Notes under the pieces: model-generated
Told to the model about the DNA's origin: nothing
Seen by the model: only the letters and a program-made list of their open reading frames with translations
The model's database searches: none
From: Octopus sinensis
Taxonomy: Eukaryota
DNA: 64,000 nucleotides
Direction: 5' to 3'
NCBI RefSeq assembly: GCF_006345805.1
Contig: NC_043003.1
Coordinates: 49,352,001-49,416,000, forward strand
Shown here: positions 50,172 through 63,844 of the stretch, one piece after another
Layout: the number at the start of each line of letters is the position of its first letter
Numbering within the stretch: position 1 is the stretch's first letter
Made by a program: the position numbers and the translations under genes

Positions 50172-51245
50172 GGCGGCGGACTGGCAGAACCGTTAGCACG
50201 CCGGGCGAAATGCGTAGTCGTATTTCGTCTGCCGCTACGTTCTGAGTTCAAATTCCGCCGAGGTCGACTTTGCCTTTCATACTTTCGGGGTCGATAAATT
50301 AAGTATCAGTTACGCACTGGGATCGATGTAATCGACTTAATCCGTTTGTCTGTCCTTGTTTGTCCCCTCTGTGTTTAGCCCCTTGTGGGTAGTAAAGAAA
50401 TAGGTATTTCGTTTCTCTTTACGTTCTGAGTTCAAATTCCGCCGAGGTCGACTTTGCCTTTCATACTTTCGGGGTCGATAAATTAAGTACCAGTTGCATA
50501 CTGGGATCGGTCTAATCGACTGGCCCCCTCCGCCAAAATTTCGGGTCTTGTGCCTATAGTAGATAAGAATATTGGATTCAAATTTTGACACAGGACCAGC
50601 AAGTTGGGGCTGGATTGTAAGTCGATTACACCAACTCTGGTGATCAACTGGTTCTTATTTTATCGACCTCGAAAGGATGAATGGCAAAGACGACCTCGGC
50701 GGAATTTGAACTTAGAACATGTCGATGGGCGAAATGCCAGTAAGCATTTTTCCCGACGTGCCAGCGATTGTGTTAGCTCGTTGCCTTCCTTACGTACTCA
50801 ACATTACTTGTTTTACGAAGGCGGTAAGCTGGCAGAATCGTTAGCACGCCGGCGAAATGCTTAGTCTGCCGCTACATTCTGAGTTCAAATTCCACCGGGG
50901 TCGACTTTGCCTTTTATCCTTTCGGGGTCGATTAGATAAGTACCAGTTACGTAACGCACTGGGGTCGATGTATTCGCCTTAATCTCTTCCCCCGAAAGTG
51001 AGGCCTTGTGCTTCCAGTGGAGAGAAATGGTTATTACGCCAGGCAAAATGCTTAGCGGCATTTCACTCGTTTTTACGGTCTGATTTCAAATTTCGGCGAG
51101 GTCAACTTTCATCCTCCGGAGCCTTTCACTCCTCCACCCCCAGAGTCGACAGAATAAGAACCAGTTCAGCACTAGCGTCAATGTAATCGGCCTACCTCCT
51201 CTCCCCGAAATTTCTGGCTTCATGCCAATATTTGAAACCAAATAT
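50172..51245. mobile_element. Cluster of family M SINEs (dimer 50172-50570 +, 50580-50790 -, 50819-51245 +)
   Basis: Repeated heads and central blocks in both orientations. Confidence 0.85.
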
Positions 51246-52016
51246 ACTTTCATTACAAGTCCAGTACAAAATTGTTTACAAGAGGTAAAATTACTTAGCA
51301 GACAGGGTATTGGACTACAAACTCATGGATCACGAGTTCAAATCCAATGCTATCGTTTCAGCAAAATTTTGCTGAGAACATTCCAACTCCCAATCGAACA
51401 CATGTTTACAGTTAGGGTTTTAAAAGTTTATAATCTTTACGCTTTAACAATTGAGTGTGTGGATTTAAAATTTCTAATCTTTATTTTTGGACATGTACGA
51501 ATTAATAAGGTTTATTAAAATATCTAGTTTTTGTCAACCAAATATGGAAATCATTAAAATTCATATCTACTTTCTATGTATTAAACATAGGAAATTTTTT
51601 AAATTTATAATCTTTACTTTTAAACAACGAATTGTAAAAATCAATACAGTTAATTATCTCAACGTTTTAACAGCGAAATTTAGAGAAATAAACAAGGTTT
51701 ATAAACTCTATAAAAGTCTATATTTTAGTAATAAATAGAATTTATAAATCCTTACTTTTTAATGATCATAGTTTTTAAAACCTTACTGACAAATCATGCC
51801 ACTTTATTTCATCTTCCTATTGCTGTTGTGCTGCTGTTGATTAGCACTAGGTGTACCATGATCGAGTTAACATACGTTCAAAGACACTCCAACCGAAATT
51901 TCACTTCGCTAAATATAGTATATGACTAAATTATTCAATGAGTCAAGTTTTTCAGACGTTGAGATGTAATTATCGGAGAAGTGGTGTTGAATGGTTTTGC
52001 TGCTATTTCTAGTAAG

Positions 52017-52550
52017 GATGAAAGGCAAAGTCGACCTCGGCGGAATTTGAACTCAGAACGTAAAGACATATGAAATAATGCTAAGCATTTCACCCGGCGT
52101 GCTAACGTTTCTGCCAGCTCGCCGCCTTCAAATGAAATCAATATTTATTTCTTTATTGCCCACAGGTGGCTAAAAATAAGGGGACAAACAAGGATAGACA
52201 AAGGGTTTCTAGTCGATTACATCGACCCCAGTGCGTAACTGGTACTTATTTAATCGACTCCGAAAGGATGAAAGGCAAAGTCGATCTCGGCGGAATTTGA
52301 ACTCAGAACGTAGCGACAGACGAAATACCTATTTCTTTACAACCCACAAGGGGCTAAACACAGAGGGGACAAACAAGGACAGACAAACGGATTATGTCGC
52401 TACCAGTGCGTAACTGGTACTTAATTTATCGACCCCGAAAGTATGAAAGGCAAAGTGGTCCTCGGCGGAATTTGATCTCAGAACGTAACGGCGGACAAAA
52501 TACGGCTACGCATTTCGCCCGGCATGCTAAAGTTTCTGCCAGTCCGCCGC
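52017..52550 (-). mobile_element. Tandem chain of family M SINE units
   Basis: Three GGATGAAAGGCAAAGTCG-type blocks, heads and tails. Confidence 0.85.
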
Positions 52551-53150
52551 CTTCAAATGAAATCAATATTAAAACAAGAAAATGAAACAAAATGTAGACG
52601 CTCCCACGTTTCTTTGTTCCTCTCCAACATTTGGCTACTTACCTCAGCCACAAAGCAACCACTTGTTTTTCATACGACTGGGATTTTATCGATTCAATTG
52701 ACTTCGTGTATATGTGACTGATGTATATTTTATTGTTAGATGAAATGTAGCGCTGCAATCGTGATCGGGAAATGAAGTCGGATCGTAAATGGAAGACACT
52801 AAATAGTGTATGATGGCGCCCTGACGCTTCTATTAAATTTCGGTTCTATATATCTGGAAGACGCATGCGCACCCGCACAAACGTACTCACACGCGCGCCT
52901 GTACGCGAGCACACACTGAACGCACTCGACTTCCTGAAGTATCGAGTACATAATTTTGTATCCGTAAGCATTGTGCATAGCAACAAACGCATTGATATTT
53001 ATATGTATGTATACATTGATACGTGCATACATTCATATACAAACACTAACTCATACACCCCTCACACACATACACACCTACACAACGCATTTATAAGTTT
53101 ACATATATACATATGTATATTGGTATATGTATATGCAAAAATATATATTG

Positions 53151-53190
<40 letters not shown>

Positions 53191-54232
53191 CGCGTGTGTG
53201 TGTATATACATATATATATACACATACACCCATCCACATCCACATATATATACACACATACAAATATATGTGTGTGTATATATGCATATATTTATATAAA
53301 CGTTTCACTGTGTGAGTATGCGCATACAGACGTTCATTTAAGTGTGATTATGTGTGCATGCGAATGTTTGAGTGCATGTATGTATGTATGTATGTATGTA
53401 TGTATGTATATATGTATGTATATATATATATATATATGTATATTTATATATATGTATGTGTGTGTATATATATATGTATACACACCACACACTCAGAATA
53501 TAATATAACAAATATATGCATGTATATATGTGTGTGTGTGTGTATAAATATATATATATACACATATATGTTCATGTATGTATATATACACATATACATG
53601 TGTGTATATATATACACCTACACACACATATATATACACGCACAAACGCATGCATATATTGTTTTCTGTTCAACGGAGAACGCTCAAAGCCACATAATCA
53701 GTCGGATATCCGCGTGAGATTCATGGCAAGGATTTAATGGCCTCGTTACTCATAAATGCGCATATAATACACTCTGCACGCCTGCGTACCAAGGTGCACG
53801 GTGCGTTTTAATGTATCTTTTAATGGGAACTCATATTCAAACGCAGCACTATGTACACAAATACAGACATGCAAACACGTAACGCATAACATACGCGTGT
53901 GTTTGTGTGTGTCTGCCAGTATGTGTGTGTGAGTGTGTGCGTATTATATATATATAAATATATTCATGAATATCTGTATTTCATTTTTGTAGTTGAATGT
54001 ATGTGTCGTTTGCAGATATTTGGAAGGGATGCCGAAGCTATTGCAGAAGCACCTTTGTTAACGTTGGGCACTTTGTCCATTACGTAAGAATATTTGTATC
54101 AAGGCATTTTGGTTTGTGTCTCATGGGTATATTTTAAATTCTTTTGTGTGTATGTATGTATGTATGTATGTATGTGTGCGTGAAGGTGAGCTATGTGTTT
54201 ATGTTTACACATTTTGCATATTACATCATACA

Positions 54233-54745
<513 letters not shown>

Positions 54746-54783
54746 AGACAAAACTTGCATCTCTACTAGATAGATAGACAGAC

Positions 54784-54818
<35 letters not shown>

Positions 54819-55456
54819 TAGACAGACAGATAGACAGACAGATAGACAGACAGATAGACAGACAGATAGATAGATAGATATGTATATATAAATGCACATA
54901 TATGCTTACATACGTACATACACACACACATGTATATACACATATGTATATACCTATATGTACATATATACCAATATATTGTATAAATGTTGCATGCATA
55001 TACGTTTCAGTCTGTGTACACATTGAAACAGAAACATGCACATGCACGTCTATCAAATGATCGTAATTGGCCATCAGCAGGGAACTAACGTTAGAATAAA
55101 ACAACAAATTTGTTATATGGTTTACGAAGTAGTTAAAGAGAATCTAGTCTTGAGAACACTGTACGAAGGTAGATAGCTAAAATAGAATATTGCTAAATAG
55201 TAAGTTACAACGTACCTAAATAGGAATATGTTTATATGGTTCAATAGGAACGTAGCAAAATAGGAACATTGTTGAATATGCTCCTAAATTCAGTGAACAT
55301 TACTTAATAGGAACTTTGCTAAATTACAACATTTCTAAGATGCAACGTTGCTAAATAGCAGCATTCCTAAACACGAATACAGCTAAATAGAAATACAACT
55401 AGAAAGGAAGATAGCTAGTTAGGAACATTGGCGGGGCATTGTTAGATAGGAATATA

Positions 55457-56745
55457 TTGGGTTGTCCGGAAAGTTCGTGCCGATTTTTAAAGGAAAGAAA
55501 AAGGTCAATAAATACTTGCCATTACATTTTTTAATCAACCAAATATGAACCATTTTGTTGCACAATGAGTCTCCATGTTTCCTTTAACTTGAAAATACCC
55601 TCTTCCCAGAATTGATGTGGTTTCATGGCAAAGAATTCATCAAGGTATCTTTTTACGTCATGCAAGGAATTGAAATTTTTACCATTATGACTATTCTGCA
55701 GAGACCTGAATAAGTGGAAATCCGAAGGAGCAATGTCTGGTGAATATAGAGGCTGGGGTAACACATCCCAGCCGAGCTGCAGTAATTTTTGTCTGGTTCC
55801 CAAAGAAACGTGTGGTCTTGCATTATCATGTTGGAAAACAACACCCTTCCTGTTGGCCAATTCTGGACGTTTCTCTTGAATTGCTGCTTTTAACTCATCC
55901 AGTTGTGTGCAGTGTTCCTCAAAATTAATTGTCTGGTTACTTGGGAGAAGCTCATAGTACATAATTCCTTTCAAATCCCACCAGACACAAAGCAAGACTT
56001 TTTTAGAGTGAAGAGCCACTTTTGGGGTGGCTAAGGGTGGCTCATGTAGCTTACTCCAGGATCGCTTGCGCTGAGCATTTCGGTAGATAATCCATTTCTC
56101 ATCACCTGTCACAATTTGCTTTAAAAAGGGCGCGTTTTCAGTCCGTTTATAAAGTGAATCACAGATGGAAATGCGATCCAAAAGGTTCTTCTCACTCAAC
56201 TCATATAGTACCCAAACATTGTAGCGATTTGTGTACCCAAGCTTTACCAGGTGCTCATGAACGATGGATTTTGATAGGTTGGGGCTTTCTGCCAATTCTC
56301 GGGTTGTGCAATGCGAGTTATTCTCAATAAATGACTTTATTTGGTCATCATCTGTAGTGGATGGTCTGTCTGATCGCTCTTTATCAATAGGGCTACAATC
56401 TCCAGCTCGGAACCTTGCGAACCACTTCCGTACAGTTCTTTCGGATAAAGAAACATCACCGTAAACTGCGCATATTTCTTTGGTTGCTTCTGAGGCATGC
56501 ATTTTTCCCTTCACGGAAAAAGAAAAGCTTCAAGTGCTGAAAATGAACTTTATTGTCTTCCATTTTAAAGGGTTACAGAATTAACACAGGTTATAGGAAC
56601 ATAAACCTTCTTCCACGAAAAGATAGTTTAAACTGTGCTCTAAATGGAGGTGTAGTCAAATCCTATTTTATGGACTCAACCACGTTCTAAAATAAGTCGA
56701 AAGGTAAGCTACTTTAAATCGGCACGAACTTTCCGGACAACCCAA
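55457..56745 (-). mobile_element. Full-length mariner DNA transposon (1,289 bp)
   Basis: Perfect 30-bp TIRs TTGGGTTGTCCGGAAAGTTCGTGCCGATTT (55457-55486, 56716-56745); TA TSD at 55455-55456 and 56746-56747; transposase inside. Confidence 0.97.
55531..56563 (-). pseudogene. Mariner DD34D transposase, frameshifted near the N-terminus (listed ORF 55531-56514 is the downstream frame)
   Basis: IVTGDEKW, FQHDNARPH and YSPDIAPSDFHLF motifs with exactly 34 residues between D2 and D3; WVLYEL for WVPHEL. True start ATG at 56563 (MEDNKVHFQHL). A 4-bp duplication (GCAT GCAT, 56495-56502) breaks the frame, and removing it gives a 342-aa ORF. Confidence 0.93.
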
Positions 56746-56808
56746 TACTAAGATGCTAAACAGGAACGCAGCTAAATAGGAACATTCCCAAATAGGCACA
56801 TAATTTAA

Positions 56809-57196
56809 CCCTTTCAGTCACTTTGTTTAATGAATTGGACAATATTTCAGCATGAATTACAAAAGAATTATAAATTATAACTAAGTTGAATCAAAGTAAC
56901 TAATTCATTGGACACCTCTGAAATGCAAATATAACCAAGACCATGTGATTCTGACTCAGTGTTTGCTCACAAGTCATTGAGGATGGCTGTGTCTTCTGGT
57001 AAATCTCACGGATGTAAGTAAATTGGTATATTTTTTACCTAGTGTTGGCAAAATTTTTATTTATCTATGCTAAAAATTAAGCATATTGAATTCTTTAAAA
57101 ATTTACTCAATATGTGTTATTTATCTGTATTTTGTTATAAATAGAAAATAAAAATTAAAACGAAGGTTTTACTTTTTTTATCCATGACTGAAGGGG
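56809..57196. mobile_element. Possible piggyBac-type MITE (388 bp)
   Basis: TTAA|CCCTTTCAGTCA ... TGACTGAAGGGG|TTAG: 12-bp TIR (1 mismatch), CCC/GGG ends and TTAA-like flanks; interrupts the 16-bp minisatellite. Confidence 0.55.
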
Positions 57197-57609
57197 TTAG
57201 GAGGAGTATTTTTAAATAAATAAAAAGCGTAGCAAAACTGGAACATTGCTCAATTGCAACGTTTCTACGTCGTAACATTGCTAAATTGCAACATTGCTAA
57301 ACACGAATAAATAGGAATAATGCTAATTACCGACGTTGCGAAACAGAAATACAACTAAATGGAAACACCACAAATGAAAATCGTTTTAACACACCGCCCC
57401 ATCTCATTCACTATAAACCTGTCTTTCTATTTCCTAACTCTGCTATTTCATTTTATCACTGCCTCGGATAACAATTTAATTTAGAACGGGAAAATGTGTA
57501 AGGAAATGTATGGCGTTCCCTAACTTTCACACTCATATAGGTACACACGCACTGTTACACACACACCCACCGACACACACACACACACACACATACAAAC
57601 AGACCTACA

Positions 57610-57693
57610 TACGTATGCTAATATATATACATATATATAAATATATATATATATGTATATATATGTAAATATATACATACATACATACATACA

Positions 57694-57726
<33 letters not shown>

Positions 57727-57985
57727 GTATGTGTGTGTGCGTGCACATGCTTGTTTGTTATCATAAAAGTGTTTGTATATATTTATGTGTGCATGCCATG
57801 TATATATGTATGTATTTATGTATGTATTTATGTATGTATGTAGGATTGTATTTATGCATGCATGTATGTATGTATGTATGTATGATTGTATGTATGTATG
57901 TATGTATGTATGTATGTATGTATGTATGTATGTATGCATGCATGTATGTATGTATGTATGTATGTATGTATGTATGTATGTATGC
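57610..57985. repeat. Compound (TA)n/(TACA)n/(TATG)n microsatellite
   Basis: Directly visible. Confidence 0.9.
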
Positions 57986-58340
57986 AAGCAAGCAAGTGCA
58001 CACAGCACCTATTCATTGTATTGTGTTGAAACGAAATTTTAAGAATAGAAGGAAGAAAAAAAAAACATGTCTTTCTATACCCTTCCTCGTCACCCCCCGG
58101 AAATAAAAGAGAAATAAGAAATAAATCAGCAAGTTGAAACTGGAACAAGGTAACTAGTGGAACAGGAACACCTGTTAGGTTCCTGAAATTACTTACCTCC
58201 TTCACAGTTACAACACGCCCCCACACAGCGCACTTACATGATATACTTCTGCGCTACGCCCCCGCAACCATCGTGTTTCTTTTATACAATCACTATACCA
58301 TTCAGCAATCTCAAACAACATTGACAGCCTACTTGAAATA

Positions 58341-58567
58341 TGTTTTTTTTATTACCCACAAGGGGCTAAACATAGAGGGGACAAACAAGGACAGTCAAAC
58401 GAATTAAGTCGATTACATCGACCCCAGTGCGTAACTGGTACTTAATTTATCGACTCCGAAAGAATTAAAGGCAAAGTCGACCTCGGCGGAATTTGAACTC
58501 AGAACGTAACGGCAGACGAAATACGGCTACGCATTTCGCCCGGCGTGCTAACGGTTCTGCCAGCTCG
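58341..58567 (-). mobile_element. Family M SINE, complete monomer
   Basis: Reverse complement of 43750-43980. Confidence 0.9.
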
Positions 58568-58584
58568 TAAAAGACACGTTGTTT

Positions 58585-58746
58585 AGTGCCGTAGCTGGGG
58601 TGCATGTCGCCTGGGGATGCCATTCAGTTTTACTACCTTTTCTCCCCGCCTCATACAAGTTTACACAGCAGACCCAAAAGTGTCACTCCCCATAAAAACG
58701 TCGCCCGGGGTGGAGCGCCTCACGATCCCCTCGCAGCTACGCTACT
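58585..58746. mobile_element. Possible PIF/Harbinger-type MITE
   Basis: Imperfect TIR AGTGCCGTAGCTG / CAGCTACGCTACT and a GC-richer interior; no clean 3-bp TSD. Confidence 0.4.
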
Positions 58747-59164
58747 AGAGATGATGAGCAATATGATCGAATGCTTCATGCACAGCAAAATTGGAATGGT
58801 CACGGATGGAATGTCTATGATCATAGATCAGCTCTTGTTTAGCTGATCTCTAAAAGGGATACCCTAGTAGTACAATGATCCAGGACTCAGAGTGTCAAGC
58901 TAGAGTCCATGAGTATCTGACGAGTCTCCTCTCCCAGAAGAGTCCTGAATACAAGTGTTGTTCTGCATTGCAAAAGTTATGTCGGTTGTCCCGTTCTCAA
59001 GTTTCTACTACTAACTACGAGCACAACTAATACCTTCGACCTGTTAAAAATAGCAGCCAAATTTCCCTGCAACTCACATTCTACCCTTTTAAAATCTAGA
59101 AATGAACAGCTTAGAAACCATGAGTCTCTTACAACATCTCTTGGAACATCCTTGATCATCCACG

Positions 59165-59323
59165 CACGTATGGCTGCGTGGTTAAGAAGCTCGCTTTGTA
59201 ACCGCCTTGTTTCGGGTTCAGTACCGCTGCGCGCACCTTGGGCAGATATCGTCTACTATAGCCCCGGACTGATTAATGCCTTGTAAGTGAATTTGGTTGA
59301 AAGAATCTGTGTGGAAGCCCGTC

Positions 59324-59372
<49 letters not shown>

Positions 59373-59650
59373 GTTGTGAGTTTGTGTTTGTCTACACACC
59401 ACTATTCAACCGATGTTGGTTGGTGTACGTCCCCGTAGTCTATTGGTTCGGCAAAAAGGATCCGATATAATCAGTACCAGACTTTAAACAAAGCAAAATA
59501 ATAACAACAACAACAACAACAATACACACACACACACACACACACAAATTAGTATTGGGGTCAATTTGGTCGACTAAAAATCCTTCAAGTCGGTGCCACA
59601 GCATGGCCGCAATCCAAATTACCGAAACAAGTTAAAGATAATAGACAAAA
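59165..59650 (+). mobile_element. CORE-type SINE (diverged)
   Basis: GCACCTTGGGCAGATATCGTCTAC core-like block, internal (TG)n and tail. Confidence 0.75.
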
Positions 59651-59929
59651 GAGATTACGGCTGTTGTATCACGGATGACCTAATTCTAGACTACACCAAT
59701 GTCATCATCATCATCATCGTCGTCGTTGTCGTTGTCATCATCATCATTCACCTTCCTAATCCTTACGGTTACAGTAGCCATCGATATGGTAACCAACAGT
59801 TGTCAACATAGATGTCACTGCGATTATCGTTATTTTCAAGCTGCCATCTTGTCCGTCCTCTCCTTTTCTATCGATATCTAGCACCCGAACCCCTGCACAA
59901 CTACTCCTGTTGCTAGCAATACGATACAT

Positions 59930-60610
59930 CACTGCCACCATCACCACCACCACCATCAAGAAGAAGAAGAAGAAGACCACCATCACAACTAGCAAGGACA
60001 CCATCAATATTACCACAGCCGCCACCACCACTACCACCAACACCCACAACTACTACCACCAGCGACAACCAGCATCCTCACAGTCCCATCACCAACACCA
60101 ACGGCAACCACAGCCACCACCACCACAATCACCACCACCACCACCACAATCACCACCAACAACAACAACAACACGAACAACAGTAACACCAGCACAGCCA
60201 CAAAAAGCATCATCAGCAACTGCCATCAGTGCAATAATTAACCCCCTTCTATTACTACCCCCCCCCCATCACAAGCACAACCACCGCCACCACTACAAAT
60301 GCCATTCCTAGTTTTACCGCCGTTACTGCCCCTGTCGGCGACATCTTTACCACTAGAATTAACGGCACCATCAACGCCACAAACAAAGGCACTACCACCA
60401 CCAATACCACCACCACCACCACCTCCTCTAACGCCAACACCAACTCCACCACCACCACCATCACCACCATCACCTCCACTACCACTTCTCGCAATACTGC
60501 CGCCACCACATCCACCGCCACCACAGGCATCGCCACCGCCGTCACCGCCACCACTGCCACCGCCGCTATTGTTGTTGCTATCATCATCATCATCATCATT
60601 ATTATTATAA
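59930..60610. repeat. (CCA/ACC)n-rich low-complexity tract
   Basis: Directly visible. Confidence 0.9.
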
Positions 60611-61468
60611 CCGCTTCTTCTATACAATTCCATAGAACGTTAATTGATTTGTAGAAAAGAAATTTGCCATAATCATTGGCAGTCTTATGTTAAGTGGGTT
60701 AAAGAAATCTGTGATGGCAGTAAAAAGACGATGTCGGAGAGAGCGATTTCAGCAGGAATGGTAGTGGTAGTCGTAGTGATGGTGGTAGTGGTGGCAGTGG
60801 TAGTGTTGTTGTGTTGTGCTGTTGAGCATATTGTAGCGGTGGATTGATACACACACACACAAACACACACACACAAATACATATCTACACATACACACAC
60901 AGACACATCCACATATACTTAAACCACACACACACATGCACGTATATACACATACACATACATATACATACTCACACACAGACGCACGCGGACATATTTT
61001 TATTCCGTTTTGTTTTCTACTTTCACTTTCGTTCTAAGAACATCAAATAATAGTAACAATAATAATAACGCTGATGATGATAGTAGTGGTTGTGGTGGGG
61101 GGAATTGTGGTTGTGGTGGAGATAGTGGTGGAAGTGGTGGTGATAATAAGAATATTGATAAGGATGATGATGCTGCTGATGATGATGATGACGATCATGA
61201 TGATACAAAAATGGGAAAAAATATAGGACGAAAATCAAGTCAAATGGGATGAGAGAACACTGCAAGAGAACATGGCAATTTTATTCCTTGTTCTTCCTTT
61301 CAAGATAAGATTAAAGTTGTTGTCGCTTGTTGTTGTTGCTCGTATTGTATTGTTGCATTGTTGTTTTTGTAATTGTCGCTCTTGTTGTTGTTGTTGCTGT
61401 TGATGATGATGATGTTTATTTGGGGATGGTTTGAAGTGGTTAGAATCTAGAGGAGATGGTTATATATA

Positions 61469-61527
<59 letters not shown>

Positions 61528-62451
61528 GCTTATTTATTTATTTATTGGAAGCTATGTTCGATTCCAATAGCTAGCTGGATCTACCTTCCTACAGCATATA
61601 ACTTCAATCTCTCTCTCTCATTTTCTGCCACTCACCTCTCCATGTCCTCCTCTTCTTCCCTCCTTTCTCACTCTCTCTTTCTCTGTCTGTCTGTCTGTCT
61701 CTCCTTTACACACACACACAAACACACACTTTTTGGATTCAAAGCCATTGGAGGCTGATTCCTGGGATCATTCATCTTTCATCTTTTCGTAGATCATAAA
61801 ATTGTAACATATTATCATTGCGAATAATTTCCGGGGCCAGTATATAATTTGCATAAATAAATGAATAGACAAATAGATAAACAAACAAAAAAACAAATAA
61901 ATAAATGAATAAGAGTCAAGGGAAATAACTTAAATGGATCGTTATTATTTTTCCTTCTTTAGCTGATATTATCAGAGGTGCGAATGTCTAGTTAATTAGA
62001 CATGTAGGTGTTGCTGTCGTTGTTGATTTTTGGTTAGTGGTGGTTGTATTGGTGGTGCGTGCGTGTAACTAGATATTTTGCAAATGATGGTGGCGGTGGA
62101 TTGGGTTTGCAGAGAGGTGCAAGATGTTACACGATGTCTTGTTCGGTAACACGTCTTTTGAATTCAAATCTGGCGGATATCCATCTCACCAAACGTTGCA
62201 TCTTTCTTTTGCTGTTGCCGCTTCTACTGCTGCTGCTACCGCTGTTGTTGCTGTTATTGTTGTTGCTCTTGTCATTTTTATTGTTGTTTAGCCCAAAGGC
62301 AAACCCGAAAAAGAGAGATAGAAAAAGAAATAACGAAAGAGAGAGACACACACAGACAGACAGACAGACAGCAGAACTATGATTAAAAGCATTCCAACCT
62401 CACGTCTACTTCATAACTATATTATACCTTTTATGTATGTTTTGAAGATGA

Positions 62452-62625
62452 TAGGGCGTAATTTGAGAGACGTTGACTGCTATCTCTAGCAAATCAAACG
62501 ACCACGTATTTGATTAAATGAATACCTGTTATAATCATCTGACTGTTCCAGTCAACGAGGGAGCCTCGACAAGGTTGTACGCCTCACTAGAAATAGCAAC
62601 CAAATCTCCTTCAAATAACACCCTA
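62452..62625. repeat. Fold-back repeat (imperfect inverted arms), dispersed family
   Basis: AGGGCGTAATTTGAGAGACGTTGACTGCTATCTCTAG pairs imperfectly with CTAGAAATAGCAACCAAATCTCCTTCAAATAACACCCT. Related AAATAGCAGCCAAAT motifs recur near 33810, 48690, 51995 and 59045. Confidence 0.55.
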
Positions 62626-63844
62626 CCAACTTTGAAAAAATGATGTATTGGATAATGCAGTATTGGATTCCTGGCACATAGGAAAAAAATCTAGGTGGTC
62701 AAATTTGGAACGTCTTTATTCATAAGTTTGCTGAATCGAGTTGACCTGGGGTAAGAAAAAGAAAACTTGGTTCGTAGGTACCTTTAGCTGAGCCTATTTT
62801 GCTGCAGGCATTCAGAGCAGGACATCGACATAAAGACAGCTTCCTATACTCATCCCGAAGCCCCCCACCCCACCAAATGGTCATGATTACTTCATTCCCC
62901 ATTTGAATAAATTAAATACAGGAAATGCATATCGATCGGTTATAGTTTGTTAGTTAACTCTATTGATTAGTTTGTGGTTAATTAAGTCTTGGAATATTTT
63001 AGAAAAAGACTGTTAACTATTATATACACGGTGGATTAAGGCGGCCAGCCGGTAGAATCATTAATTCCTCGGAGAAAATGCTCGGCAGAGTTTCTCCTGG
63101 CGTCACGTTCTGAGCTCAAATGCCGCCACGATCACTTTTACCTTTCATCATTTCGGGGTCGATAAGATAAAGTCCACTTGAGCACAGGGGTTGATGGGTT
63201 CAATTAGCCCTTTCCCTTCAATACTGCTGGCTTTGTGTTAAATTAGAAAGGATTATACCGGTGGATGGCATAATCGCCAGAGATCTAGAATTAGAAATTA
63301 TTTTGTTATCCTTGGTTACATTCCTTTACATTCTGGATTCAAATCCCGACTTTACCAAAACTTGGAGTCAACTCTGTGTTTCTTTCTTCAGGAGTCAATA
63401 TAAGTATTTGTAGTACCTGTTTCATAAAGGGTTTGTCATAATGTTATAATCGATTTTTCTCTTTCTACCAATCACAATTTTTGGCTTTATACCAATGTAA
63501 GAAATTTTTATTAGCCTTTATTTTTTTCTTTAGGTGAATTGGTAGATTCGTTAACATGTCGGATGAAATATCTTGCTGTATTTTTCGGATTTTCTTTTTT
63601 TTCTTTTTGGACTTCGTGCTCAAACCCCGCCGAGATCAACTTAGCTCATTATTCTTCCGAAGTTGATAAGATAAATTACCAGCGAAGTGCTTGGTTCAAT
63701 TCAATCGAGTTATCACTCCGCGCTACTAAAAACAGAAAAAGTGATGTTAGCTTTGGGCCTATATTTGAAACGCTTAATGGAGATGGAGTGACAGAATCGT
63801 TTGCGTTTCGGATAAAATCCCTTACACTATTTATTCAAGCTCTT

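Larger units (their letters stand above)
55175..57365. repeat. Degenerate 16-bp minisatellite (consensus ~AGGAACATTGCTAAAT) split by two transposon insertions
   Basis: Units are visible at 55175-55454, 56748-56800 and 57228-57365. Confidence 0.7.

Noticed and set aside
53690-53830. CpG-containing unique patch with TTTAATGG/CATAAA homeodomain-like sites
   Set aside because: Such short motifs are expected by chance in AT-rich DNA; conservation data would be needed.
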